Assembly (NCBI GenBank): GCA_964444755.1
Contig: CAYUIF010000006.1
Span: 30,735 to 94,734 of the forward strand
Source: an uncultured Alphaproteobacteria bacterium
GTDB lineage: Bacteria > Electryoneota > RPQS01
Length of the DNA stretch: 64,000 nucleotides
Direction: 5' to 3'
Positions 11,101 through 19,281 of the stretch are shown one piece after another. Below the pieces are notes generated by a model, which saw only the letters and a list, made by a program, of their open reading frames with translations, did not search any database and had not been told where the DNA came from. The number at the start of each line of letters is the position of its first letter. Within the stretch, counting starts at the first letter, position 1. Made by a program: the position numbers and the translations under genes.

Positions 11101-12479
11101 TTCAAACGGCCGTTTACGGTTTCATCATCCCAGCCCGGCTCACTGAGATCGTCAGCGGTACTGCGGATGATTTGTTTAATTTCATCCGGCGTTAAATCAG
11201 GATTTGCATGAATCATCAACCCCGCCACTGCCGCCACCATCGGTACGGCATAGCTGGTGCCGTGCGGATTGCTCCATTGACCACAACCGCCGCTAACCAG
11301 CAATGAGACGATATTATAACCGGGAGCCATGATATCCACCGACGGACCGTAATTGGAAAAGCTGGCTCGCTGATCAACCGTGTTGGTGGCTCCCACGGAA
11401 ATCACTTCGGGATAGCCCGACGGATAGTGAATGGATTGGGAATTGGCATTCCCGGCCGAGCCCGCCAATACCACACCGGATTGCGCCGCCAGACGAACCG
11501 CATCGCGAATAAGCGGCGACGATACGACATCGCCGAAACTCATATTGATGATTCGCGCCCCCATCTGTGCACCATATAAGATCGCGGCGGCAATATCATC
11601 TTCCTCGAGCAATCCTTCGGCATTGCCCGCCCGCAGGCACATTACCCGGCAATGATAACCGATGGACGCCAGGCAGGTTTCGTTATCGGTCACGGCGGCG
11701 GCGATGCCTGCTACATAAGTCCCATGCCCCATTTCATCATAGGGATTGCTGTCCCGCGTGATATGATCGCCGCTGGAGGGCAGACTGGGAGAATCCACGA
11801 AATCCCAACCCAGCGAATCGTCCGTAAATCCGTTGTTGTCATCGTCTATTCCCGGCAGTCCATGAACCTCCGTCCAATTGAACCAGATGTTCGGGCGCAG
11901 ATCGGGATGCAGAAAATCTATGCCGGTATCAATAATTCCGATAACAATCGTCGAGTCACCCTGCGACAGTTCCCAGGCTTGAGGAGCCGAAATTCGCGAT
12001 AACCACCACTCCTCACCGAACAGACTATCACTGGGAATAAAACCGTCATCCAAATCGTTCGTGCGATAATGGTAATTGCGCGTTACCCATTCGACATTCG
12101 GATCGCGGGTGAGTTGTGCTTCAAGTGCTCGCAAATCGGCATTCGGATCCGTGCGCAGCAGCACGACCGACGCCGCTTCCGGGAAGCGGCGGGCGAACTT
12201 CGTTAGGGGAGCCGTTAGCGCTGCTTGGCCAATAACTGCCATGGAATCGAGCGATGCGACGCCGGATTGAGTTACTTCATCCAATGCAGAAACCATCGGA
12301 GCATGCTTGAGACGAATCAGCAATTCTCCGGAGGAATAGGAAGCCCAACAAACGTCTGACAGAAATACCAAGAGCGTTAGAAGCAGAACCATCAAACCAG
12401 AGGATTTGACTGCAAACGCTTCCGGATTGTTATTCGCCGGCTGACGGATCATAGCTGATTTTACCTTACGGTATTCCAT
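8187..12479 (-). CDS. secreted subtilisin-like S8 serine protease, multidomain (FG-GAP/VCBS-like repeats, FN3) with T9SS C-terminal sorting domain
   Basis: 1430 aa with a signal peptide. Catalytic triad motifs IGIIDTGID (Asp), GHGTYVAGIAAA (His) and GTSYAVPMVAAVAGL (Ser) are present. Repeated GDxDGDG motifs are FG-GAP-like. The C-terminus ends GGVYLYTIEAGDDKIRGKLAILR, as in Por/T9SS CTDs. Confidence 0.85.
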   Translation of the reverse strand: MEYRKVKSAMIRQPANNNPEAFAVKSSGLMVLLLTLLVFLSDVCWASYSSGELLIRLKHAPMVSALDEVTQSGVASLDSMAVIGQAALTAPLTKFARRFPEAASVVLLRTDPNADLRALEAQLTRDPNVEWVTRNYHYRTNDLDDGFIPSDSLFGEEWWLSRISAPQAWELSQGDSTIVIGIIDTGIDFLHPDLRPNIWFNWTEVHGLPGIDDDNNGFTDDSLGWDFVDSPSLPSSGDHITRDSNPYDEMGHGTYVAGIAAAVTDNETCLASIGYHCRVMCLRAGNAEGLLEEDDIAAAILYGAQMGARIINMSFGDVVSSPLIRDAVRLAAQSGVVLAGSAGNANSQSIHYPSGYPEVISVGATNTVDQRASFSNYGPSVDIMAPGYNIVSLLVSGGCGQWSNPHGTSYAVPMVAAVAGLMIHANPDLTPDEIKQIIRSTADDLSEPGWDDETVNGRLNARRAVEQAAFGTGVVARITSPRTDDGYSSDISVIGDAWGSAFTRWDLLYGLGENPVEWNWVNGGDERVYGTLLGEIALPVADTVLNIRLESHGFDGSLSVDHVHLYVQRSAPIIDSLKKREMLDQDSYGELVQVWTNQVSGASMLLTNALGDSFREDFGYVAKAHSGMLSQLVYSGAWTVRVRLENAAGFETLSDPFLFEINKPSFSSNLWSQSLTGLTHGYLGPFTSDFNRNGDPEVWRLPIGEGGLLSDMEVYEWSGSDFTRLPYTFGIHLPQAVGDADEDGLLEFMARRAALTRIWEQHDPQLLPDPNNDIVFEDTSNFIGAAFLDLDSTDGHGEILARRYTNVTGTSRPRLMIFSVGDNYALTATDTLPNESGGGNELGPPVVLVGDLDRDEELDFVYGDYDGDIIFCERAAGRMSQQWTTRLPLGDATAWLAAGDFDGDGSREFAAGCRENAFGGTESQRKSRHWEYYIFECTADNQFAAVDSVSILGNEDVTQHPASVAAGDIDGDGQAEILISAYPDYYVIARDPVTGRYEPRWYASPSESNTTLIADLSGDGINDALYSDGMRYALIESAGSAGNRPAPPFALNGEPLSTSTIRLNWRSVAEADSYRVYRAEDSFVFQRIAATLDTVFTLSNVPTDIPYTYAVTSLNADFPIAESVRSNYITVIANEPPAADDTARFIIPHFVQVKFSEVMGPSAFLQRGYRLEDGRMPSLILSAEGGRAAALTFDGALSAGWHSLELRDLRDAQGSLLPAFESPVVFEVVYSTEIYPQVLKATVLGGITATTIEITFSEGMSSSVMHQANYRLDGPRRVERVDSLSAERSVIRLHLDPRYPIGALGVVDTLWLSNIAAMDGRLLNATGETPLLLGATTSSITNAYVYPNPYRRIGANGETGVMFAGLPERATIRIFTLQGIEVCKIEHDNRLGGSRWDLRNEHGDEVAGGVYLYTIEAGDDKIRGKLAILR

Positions 12480-12491
12480 TACTGCATATAA

Positions 12492-13163
12492 CTAATGATG
12501 AGACAAGGCAAAGGAAAGCGCGCCAACCCATTGGACTCCCGCATTCTTGAGGATACGGGCGCATTCGTCCATCGTGGCGCCAGTAGTAATCACGTCGTCA
12601 ATTAGTAACACGCGTTCGGGAATTACCGCATCCTTGCGGACGACAAATGCATTGCGGACATTCGCCGAACGTTCACGATATGAGCGGGCGGTCTGGGTCG
12701 GAGTGTTTCGGATGCGGCGCAGCAGCGATTGCGGCAAATCATGTCCGGTTAAGCGAGCCAGATCGCGTGCCAGAATGGTACTCTGATTGTATCCGCGCGT
12801 CAATTGACGCTGCCAATGCAACGGAACCGGCGACCAAACTAAGTCGGCTTCCATGAAGCGGGGTGGAATTCGCTTCAGCCACCGCCGCACCATCGCTTGC
12901 GATACGCGGCGCATGCCCTCGTATTTCAGAGCCTGTACGGATGCCTTCACCACGTCATCTGCGGCATAACGAAACCCGGCGATGGTTGAATCCACGTACT
13001 TGAGCTGGTGCAAATCGCGCATATCGGCAATGGGCGCATCCGCCCAACATTGATCGCAATAGAGAATCGCATTGCGATCCATCGGTCGCTCGCATACGGC
13101 GCACAGCGGAGGAAACAACAAGTCCCAAATCGGCCAGGTTCGCGGATGACTGAGGGCAATCAT
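12492..13163 (-). CDS. comF: ComF-family protein (phosphoribosyltransferase domain with N-terminal Cys4 zinc ribbon)
   Basis: CAVCERP...CDQC zinc-ribbon, then PRTase motif VLLIDDVITTGATM. It overlaps the lon stop by 4 nt. Confidence 0.75.
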   Translation of the reverse strand: MIALSHPRTWPIWDLLFPPLCAVCERPMDRNAILYCDQCWADAPIADMRDLHQLKYVDSTIAGFRYAADDVVKASVQALKYEGMRRVSQAMVRRWLKRIPPRFMEADLVWSPVPLHWQRQLTRGYNQSTILARDLARLTGHDLPQSLLRRIRNTPTQTARSYRERSANVRNAFVVRKDAVIPERVLLIDDVITTGATMDECARILKNAGVQWVGALSFALSHH

Positions 13164-15577
13164 CGCTTGCGTTTTTTGTCCTTGCGTTCGGGCTGCAATG
13201 CAATTTCGAGCACGTCGTCAATCCGTTCCACGAAATGAAACTTTAGGAGTTTCTTAATATGATCGGGAACGTGATAGAGATCTTTTTCGTTGGCTTTCGG
13301 CAGGATAATCGTCTTCAAGCCATGACGGCTGGCGGCAACGATTTTCTCGCGTAGTCCGCCGATGGGCAGTACTTTGCCGGTCAACGTGATTTCGCCGGTC
13401 ATGCCCAGTTTATGCTTAACGGTTTGATTCGTGAACAGCGATGTGAGCGACGTAACCAACGTAACCCCGGCTGAAGGACCATCCTTAGGAGTAGCGCCTT
13501 CGGGAACATGAATATGAATATCCCGCTTCGCCAACTGCTCTGGATCAATGCCATACTGCTCGGCTCGCGAGCGCAGGTACGACAGGGCGATATTAGCGGA
13601 TTCCTTCATAACATCGCCTAACTGACCGGTCACCTGCAATTTGCCGGAACCGGGCATCCATGTGGATTCGATAACCAACACATCGCCGCCGATGGGAGTC
13701 CAAGCCAATCCTAATGCCACACCGGGACCCAATTTCAAATCAAGCTCTTCTTCCAAGAAGCGCGCCGGTCCCAGGTATTTGTCAATGGTCTTGTCGGAGA
13801 TTGTTGCGCTGCGGTTTTTTCCCGTCACAATCGCTCGTGCGACTTTACGACATACCGAGGCAATTTGCTGTTCGAGTCTCCGTACTCCGGCTTCGCGCGT
13901 GTAACCCTCGATAATCGCCCGCAAACCCGTATCGGTAAACCGAATCTTGGATTTGCTAAGTCCGTTTTCTTCGACCTGGCGCGGGACTAAATAGTGCTTG
14001 GCAATCTGGATTTTTTCGGGTGTTATGTAGCTGGGAATCTCGATGATTTCCATGCGGTCGCGCAGCGGCGGCGGAATCTGACTGACATCGTTTGCCGTCG
14101 TTATGAAGAAGATCGCCGAGAGGTCGAATTCCACTCCCAAATAGTGATCCTGAAAGGTGGCGTTTTGTGCCGGATCGAGCACTTCCAACAATGCCGAAGC
14201 CGGGTCACCGCGAAAATCGTTTCCCAGCTTGTCAATTTCATCCAGCATCAAGACGGGATTGCGCACCCCCACCCGACGAACGGACTGAATAATCCGCCCC
14301 GGCATCGCTCCCACATAAGTGCGACGATGACCGCGGATTTCGGCCTCATCCCGCATTCCCCCTAGGCTCATTCGTGAGAATTCACGGTTCAATGCGGAAG
14401 CTACGGATTTTCCCAACGAAGTCTTGCCGACTCCCGGCGGTCCGACAAAGCACAGAATCGGTCCCTTGCCGGAAGGACGCAGCTTTCGAACCACTAAAAA
14501 CTCGATAATCCGGTTTTTAACGTCTTCGAGGCCGTAATGATCGCGATTCAGCACCTTCTCGGCCTTTTCCACATCCAAATCTTCCGGCGAGAGCTTCTGC
14601 CACGGCAACGCGACCAACCATTCGATATAGGTTCGCGAGACGGTATACTCCGCCGATGAAGTGGACATCCGCTTCATTCGTTCGAGTTCCTTGGTGGCCG
14701 CTTCAGCGGCTTCCTGTGGCATCGCCGCCGCTTCGATCTGCTTGCGGAATTCCTCGATCTCCGCCGCCCCTTCGGCGTCCTCTCCCAACTCGGCCCGAAT
14801 CGCCTTCATTTGTTCGCGCAGGAAGTACTCGCGCTGGTTCTGGGCGATTTCTCCCTCGACCTTGGTCTGGATCTCCGAGCCTAATTGAATAATCTTCAAC
14901 TCACGCGCTAAGAGCGCAGCCACCAGTGACAGGCGCGGTTCAAGCTCATTAGTCTCGAGGATTTCTTGTTTCTTATCCAACGATAGGCTAAGATTCGAGG
15001 CGACGATGTCCGCCAAGGCGCCGGGATCGCTGATATTATAAACGGCGATTTTGACTTCTTCGGGAATCTGCTGCGCGATTTCCGCGAGTTGCGTGAAATC
15101 CGCTGTAATGCGTCGCATCATGGCTTCGATCTTCATCGATCGCCGCTTAAGCTGATCCAGTTCCAGCGTCTTAATCGCCACTTTCAGATACGGTGCGGTC
15201 TCGACGATGCGTTTCCGTTCAATGCGGATCAGACCTTGTACTAATAACCGAAGTGAGCCGTCCGGTACCCGGAACATCTTCAGAATTTGAACGGCGGAGC
15301 CAATTTCATAAAATTGCTCATCGGGTTCCTCCGAGACGGCATTAGGAATACGGGCAAACGTCGCCAGCAACTTCGAGCCGGAGGACAATGTATCGTTCAC
15401 AAGCTGAATGACGGGTTCGGCGCTGACAATCAACGGGGCAATCGTATTCGGAAATATGACCACATCGTTGATGAGCATGGCTGGCAGGATGTTGGGAATG
15501 CGGAAAACTTCTCCTTCGCCTTGATCCGAATTATCAGGCGCACCGGGAGAATGGGCGGAGTTGCCGGGTTCGATCAT
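13160..15577 (-). CDS. lon: ATP-dependent Lon protease
   Basis: Lon N-domain, Walker A GPPGVGKTSLGKSVA, Walker B LMLDEIDK, and the catalytic Ser motif PKDGPSAGVT of the Lon S16 domain, over 805 aa. Confidence 0.95.
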   Translation of the reverse strand: MIEPGNSAHSPGAPDNSDQGEGEVFRIPNILPAMLINDVVIFPNTIAPLIVSAEPVIQLVNDTLSSGSKLLATFARIPNAVSEEPDEQFYEIGSAVQILKMFRVPDGSLRLLVQGLIRIERKRIVETAPYLKVAIKTLELDQLKRRSMKIEAMMRRITADFTQLAEIAQQIPEEVKIAVYNISDPGALADIVASNLSLSLDKKQEILETNELEPRLSLVAALLARELKIIQLGSEIQTKVEGEIAQNQREYFLREQMKAIRAELGEDAEGAAEIEEFRKQIEAAAMPQEAAEAATKELERMKRMSTSSAEYTVSRTYIEWLVALPWQKLSPEDLDVEKAEKVLNRDHYGLEDVKNRIIEFLVVRKLRPSGKGPILCFVGPPGVGKTSLGKSVASALNREFSRMSLGGMRDEAEIRGHRRTYVGAMPGRIIQSVRRVGVRNPVLMLDEIDKLGNDFRGDPASALLEVLDPAQNATFQDHYLGVEFDLSAIFFITTANDVSQIPPPLRDRMEIIEIPSYITPEKIQIAKHYLVPRQVEENGLSKSKIRFTDTGLRAIIEGYTREAGVRRLEQQIASVCRKVARAIVTGKNRSATISDKTIDKYLGPARFLEEELDLKLGPGVALGLAWTPIGGDVLVIESTWMPGSGKLQVTGQLGDVMKESANIALSYLRSRAEQYGIDPEQLAKRDIHIHVPEGATPKDGPSAGVTLVTSLTSLFTNQTVKHKLGMTGEITLTGKVLPIGGLREKIVAASRHGLKTIILPKANEKDLYHVPDHIKKLLKFHFVERIDDVLEIALQPERKDKKRKR

Positions 15578-16149
15578 TCAAAACCCTCCATGGAATCGGC
15601 GGGGAAGCAGCCGGGCAGCGAACCGCCGCGTCGCTTGGATACCCTAATCACTAATAAGCCGTCTTTCTGGGTGGCTTGAACAGTGTTTGGGTCCACTTCC
15701 GACGGCAATTCAAGAACCCGTTCAAATCCACCGCGTTCGATTTCCACCAAGTGATAGCAGCGAATGCCCGTCTGCTGCGGGTCCGGCCGTTGCCCGGTCA
15801 GCCGAATCGAATGGGAATCAATGTCAATTCGGATGTTTTCGATGGAAATTCCCCCCAGATTCACCTCAATGACACATTCTTCCAAGGTTTCGTAAACATC
15901 CACCGGGGGTGTCCATCCCGCGCCGGGAGCGGCTACCGGGCGATTGCTCGAATACCACCCCGTATAGTGATACGTAATTTGGGTGGTCCGTCGTGACCGG
16001 CATTCCGGTGCGGGTGTCAACAGCTGATCTAAATCCAACATATCCGTTTCCTGATGGTTTGAGGTATCAGGCTGTGTCCCATAAAGGGGAGGCACAGTAT
16101 TGGCACTAAAAGTTCCCAATACGGTTACAAGCAGTTTAGGAATATACAT
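15574..16149 (-). CDS. Hsp20/alpha-crystallin family small heat-shock protein
   Basis: Alpha-crystallin domain region PVDVYETLEECVIEVNLGGI...LVEIERGGFERVLELP...DGLLVIRV. It is the first gene of a 4-nt-overlapping hsp20-lon-comF series. Confidence 0.75.
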   Translation of the reverse strand: MYIPKLLVTVLGTFSANTVPPLYGTQPDTSNHQETDMLDLDQLLTPAPECRSRRTTQITYHYTGWYSSNRPVAAPGAGWTPPVDVYETLEECVIEVNLGGISIENIRIDIDSHSIRLTGQRPDPQQTGIRCYHLVEIERGGFERVLELPSEVDPNTVQATQKDGLLVIRVSKRRGGSLPGCFPADSMEGFE

Positions 16150-16288
16150 ACACTGATAATGAATATCAAGTAAAAATTGGAGTTGTGTACCGAAGCGGCT
16201 TGTATTCCGGCGGAAAATTTACTAAATTACCCTGTTGAAAATATGCCAAGGACATGTGACCCGGACACGCTAACGCCAAGGTAAAGCT

Positions 16289-18853
16289 ATGTTGTCGAGA
16301 TCCACGATGAACCGTATGATAATCGTTTGTATTCTGGTTCTGGGATTGGCCGGATCTGCATCCGCACAAACCTACGATACGCTGCGGATTGCCACTTACA
16401 ATCTGCTCAATTATCCCAACGAATCGTCAACGCGCAATCCGGAGTTTCGTAAATCCGTTCGGATGATTAATCCCGATCTTATCGTGGTTCAGGAAGTGAC
16501 CACTTCTGCCGGAATCACCGATTTTCTAAATAATGTGCTGAATTACGGCCAACCGAATACCTATGCGGCGGCACCGTTTAGTGATGGTCCCGACACCGAT
16601 AACGGCATGTACTATCGCGTGTCGAAACTCAGCTTTATCGGCCCGCAGACTGTTCTGAGCACAGCCTTGCGGGACATCAACGGCTACCGGCTCCGCCCCG
16701 TCGGAATCTCGGCTGATTCACTGGATATCCAGATTTATTCGGCGCACTTAAAGGCCAGTCAGGGCGAGGAAGCCGCCCGCGCCGCCGAAGCAACGATTCT
16801 GCGAAACCACCTGAATTCACTTGCCGATGGCGGATTCTTCATTGCCGCGGGAGATTTCAACCTCTATACCAGCACCGAGGCCGCCTATCAGATTCTGATC
16901 GGCAGCAGTGCCGATAATTCGGGGCGTGTCTACGATCCCATCAATACTCCCGGCAGTTGGCATGACAATGCTACCTATGCGGCCATTCACACGCAATCTC
17001 CGCGGGTGCGATCCTTCGGCGGCGGCTCGACCGGCGGTATGGATGATCGCTTCGATTTCATGCTGCTTTCCTATAATTTCCCGAACACCGGCGGCTGGGA
17101 CTTTATCGCCAACAGCTATACGACCTTCGGTAATGACGGCAATCATTTCGATGATAGTATAAATGCCTTGCCAAACTACGCCGTACCGGACAGCATTGCT
17201 AACGCTCTTCATAACGCCGCGGATCATATCCCCGTTTATTTGGATGTTCGTCGGCAGGTATCAGCCCCTGTGGCGATAACGGTGCTGACTCCCAACGGAT
17301 CGGAAATGCTGAATATCGGCACTCCCTACAATATCACATGGTCCAGCCAAGGTGTAACCGGCAACGTATCCATCGAGATTAACCGAACCTATCCGTCAGG
17401 TGCATGGGAATCCATCGTCAGCGGTACGGCTAACGACGGAGCTTATTCATGGCCGGTCACCGGTCCGGTGAGCACCAGCGCACGCATTCGTATCACCTCG
17501 GACAATCAACCGACCGTTACCGATATATCCGATGCCAACTTCACGATTTCGCAGCCTCCGGTTCTGACGGTCATTGCTCCCAATGGAGGGGAACACTGGA
17601 CCATTGGGCAACCCGGACTGATCCAATGGAGTGGCAGCGGTTTTACGGGAAATGTTCGCATTGAAATAAACCGATCTTATCCTTCGACGAGTTGGACGAC
17701 ACTGTATGGTAGTGCCATCAATGACGGGCAGGAAAGCTGGAATGTAACCGGTCCCAGCACACAACACGCGCGGATCCGCATGTATAGTGTGAGTGTCCCC
17801 ACCGTCGGTGATACCTCTAATGCGGATTTCGTCATTTACGAATCGGCACCCCCTGTTCTTGCTCACGATGCACAAGGCGATGCGGTTCCCGGAACAGTTA
17901 CATTTACAGCCATTGTAACCGACGATTTTACCGGATTCTCGACCAAGCTATTCTATAGGAATGTTGGCAATGCCAGTTTCGACTCGCTAACCTTAACAAC
18001 AACCGGCAATCCCGACGAATTTGCGGCTGCGCCCGACCTTACGGTCGGGAGATGGGAATACTTCATCCGCACAACGGACAGTCACCTCCAAATTGCGGCA
18101 ACTGATACTTTCCAGTTCATTGTGGCTATTCCCTGCGGTATTGAAATCGCCTATGATAATGGAACCGCTGGAGTCTTCCAGTGGTCGGAGCAGGATACCT
18201 TTATCTGGGCGGTTCGCTTCACCCCCCCTCAAGTACCCTTCGTATTATGTCAGATGGAGTATGCGGTAGCAGCGTTCCATCCGGATTCGTCGCATTCACA
18301 AGTCAGAGTTCGCGTTTATTCGGCAGACGGTGCCAACGGTATGCCCGGATCACTCCTGAAGGATATTGTTTGTGGATCAGTCGGGAATGTGGTCGGTGGC
18401 TTAACCGCCGGTCCAAACTGGGCAATCGCCTACCTATATAACGATGTCACTGAACCGCTTGAATTAAGCACTGATTTCTATGTTTCGGTGGCCAATCGCG
18501 GTGAAGGTTTCGAAGCCTTTGGAATGGATACAACCTCCGCAAGCAGTGGCCGTTCGGTAGTTTATAATCCCTGTGAGGTGGAGTGGAGTGAAGAAGCGGG
18601 GAATCGTCTAATCCGGATACACGGCTGGTCTGGGGCACCGACCAATCTGGTTAGCTACTCGGTTCAAGATACGATTCAGCTTCACTGGAATTCTTCAGGA
18701 TCGCCCTATTATCATATCTATCGCTCGGCAGATGCCAGTTTCGCAGCACCAGAGCTATTAGGAACGGTAACTGGGACCAGTTTTGCAGATCCGACGGCTG
18801 TTCCTGCATATCAGAAAATATTCTATCAGGTTACCTCCTCCTCTGCTCCATAG
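16289..18853 (+). CDS. secreted endonuclease/exonuclease/phosphatase (EEP) family protein with tandem beta-sandwich repeats and C-terminal FN3-like domain
   Basis: Signal peptide MNRMIIVCILVLGLAGSASA. The EEP N-terminus reads LRIATYNLLNYPNE...LIVVQEV. Two consecutive ~97-aa repeats share a GxVxIEINRxYPSxxWxxL...NDGxxSWxVTGP pattern. The C-terminus is an FN3-like domain. Confidence 0.6.
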   Translation: MLSRSTMNRMIIVCILVLGLAGSASAQTYDTLRIATYNLLNYPNESSTRNPEFRKSVRMINPDLIVVQEVTTSAGITDFLNNVLNYGQPNTYAAAPFSDGPDTDNGMYYRVSKLSFIGPQTVLSTALRDINGYRLRPVGISADSLDIQIYSAHLKASQGEEAARAAEATILRNHLNSLADGGFFIAAGDFNLYTSTEAAYQILIGSSADNSGRVYDPINTPGSWHDNATYAAIHTQSPRVRSFGGGSTGGMDDRFDFMLLSYNFPNTGGWDFIANSYTTFGNDGNHFDDSINALPNYAVPDSIANALHNAADHIPVYLDVRRQVSAPVAITVLTPNGSEMLNIGTPYNITWSSQGVTGNVSIEINRTYPSGAWESIVSGTANDGAYSWPVTGPVSTSARIRITSDNQPTVTDISDANFTISQPPVLTVIAPNGGEHWTIGQPGLIQWSGSGFTGNVRIEINRSYPSTSWTTLYGSAINDGQESWNVTGPSTQHARIRMYSVSVPTVGDTSNADFVIYESAPPVLAHDAQGDAVPGTVTFTAIVTDDFTGFSTKLFYRNVGNASFDSLTLTTTGNPDEFAAAPDLTVGRWEYFIRTTDSHLQIAATDTFQFIVAIPCGIEIAYDNGTAGVFQWSEQDTFIWAVRFTPPQVPFVLCQMEYAVAAFHPDSSHSQVRVRVYSADGANGMPGSLLKDIVCGSVGNVVGGLTAGPNWAIAYLYNDVTEPLELSTDFYVSVANRGEGFEAFGMDTTSASSGRSVVYNPCEVEWSEEAGNRLIRIHGWSGAPTNLVSYSVQDTIQLHWNSSGSPYYHIYRSADASFAAPELLGTVTGTSFADPTAVPAYQKIFYQVTSSSAP
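17270..17850 (+). repeat. in-frame tandem duplication (2 x ~290 nt) encoding repeated ~97-aa domain inside the EEP protein gene
   Basis: Protein-level repeats VLTPNGSEMLNIGTPYNITWSSQGVTGNVSIEINRTYPSGAWES...ANFTIS and VIAPNGGEHWTIGQPGLIQWSGSGFTGNVRIEINRSYPSTSWTT...ADFVI. Their nucleotide sequences have diverged, so this is an old domain duplication rather than a recent DNA repeat. Confidence 0.7.
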
Positions 18854-18969
18854 TACAGTTATTTGAGGGAGGCAATCTAACCACCTCGGGTTAGTATCAT
18901 TTTGCTTGCTTTAGTACCGCTGATTTCGTAAATTCAATAAATGCATTTAGGCATCATTGGAGTATTGCC

Positions 18970-19137
18970 ATGCGTCTGGGCTGGGTTGAGATTGTTCTCA
19001 TTGTAGCTATTGTCCTATTGCTCTTCGGGGGAAAGAAAATCCCCGAACTGATGCGCGGTCTGGGGCGTGGAACTCGTGAATTTAAAGAAGGTTTGCGAGG
19101 GGATGACCCGAACAAGCCGGATAAAGACTCGCATTAG
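18970..19137 (+). CDS. tatA: twin-arginine translocase subunit TatA/E
   Basis: 55-aa ORF, below the ORF-track size cutoff: [55 protein letters not shown]. It has the TatA hinge-helix signature LLFGxKKIPELxRxLGxxxxEFK. GGAG lies 9 nt upstream of the ATG. Confidence 0.75.
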   Translation: MRLGWVEIVLIVAIVLLLFGGKKIPELMRGLGRGTREFKEGLRGDDPNKPDKDSH

Positions 19138-19203
19138 AACGACACGTGATCGGCATTCTTCGAGCGAATCGTAGTAATTCTGAATGATTTTGATTGCTTT
19201 GAC

Positions 19204-19232
19204 TTGACTCCAAGGCTTTAGCATACTATATT
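19204..19232 (+). promoter_or_regulatory. putative sigma70-type promoter for the HTH-REC regulator gene
   Basis: TTGACT (19204..19209), a 17-nt spacer, then TATATT (19227..19232), about 50 nt upstream of the start codon at 19282. A second overlapping TTGACT sits 5 nt upstream. Confidence 0.35.
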
Positions 19233-19281
19233 GCAGTATAGTTAATATAGTTTTTCTTCGGAATCATCAACACATTTCACT

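Noticed and set aside
8786-12002. Several 60-150 aa ORFs on the plus strand inside the minus-strand S8 protease gene (8786..9007, 9033..9305, 10440..10886, 11652..12002 and others).
   Set aside because: These are antisense shadow ORFs typical of high-GC DNA. The minus-strand frame encodes a continuous 1430-aa protein with a complete catalytic triad.
13641-14365. Plus-strand ORFs inside lon.
   Set aside because: Shadow ORFs. The Lon reading frame is continuous with all conserved motifs.
16150-16288. Searched the hsp20 upstream region for CIRCE (TTAGCACTC-N9-GAGTGCTAA) or a clean sigma32 or sigma54 promoter.
   Set aside because: No CIRCE palindrome. A TGGCAT-N5-CAACA stretch on the minus strand does not fit the sigma54 GG-N10-GC spacing. 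No call made.
16289-18853. Considered whether the internal tandem repeats of the EEP gene could be a CRISPR-like or minisatellite array.
   Set aside because: The repeats are ~290 nt, in-frame, diverged at the nucleotide level and encode folded-domain-like sequence. No short direct-repeat/spacer architecture exists anywhere in the window.
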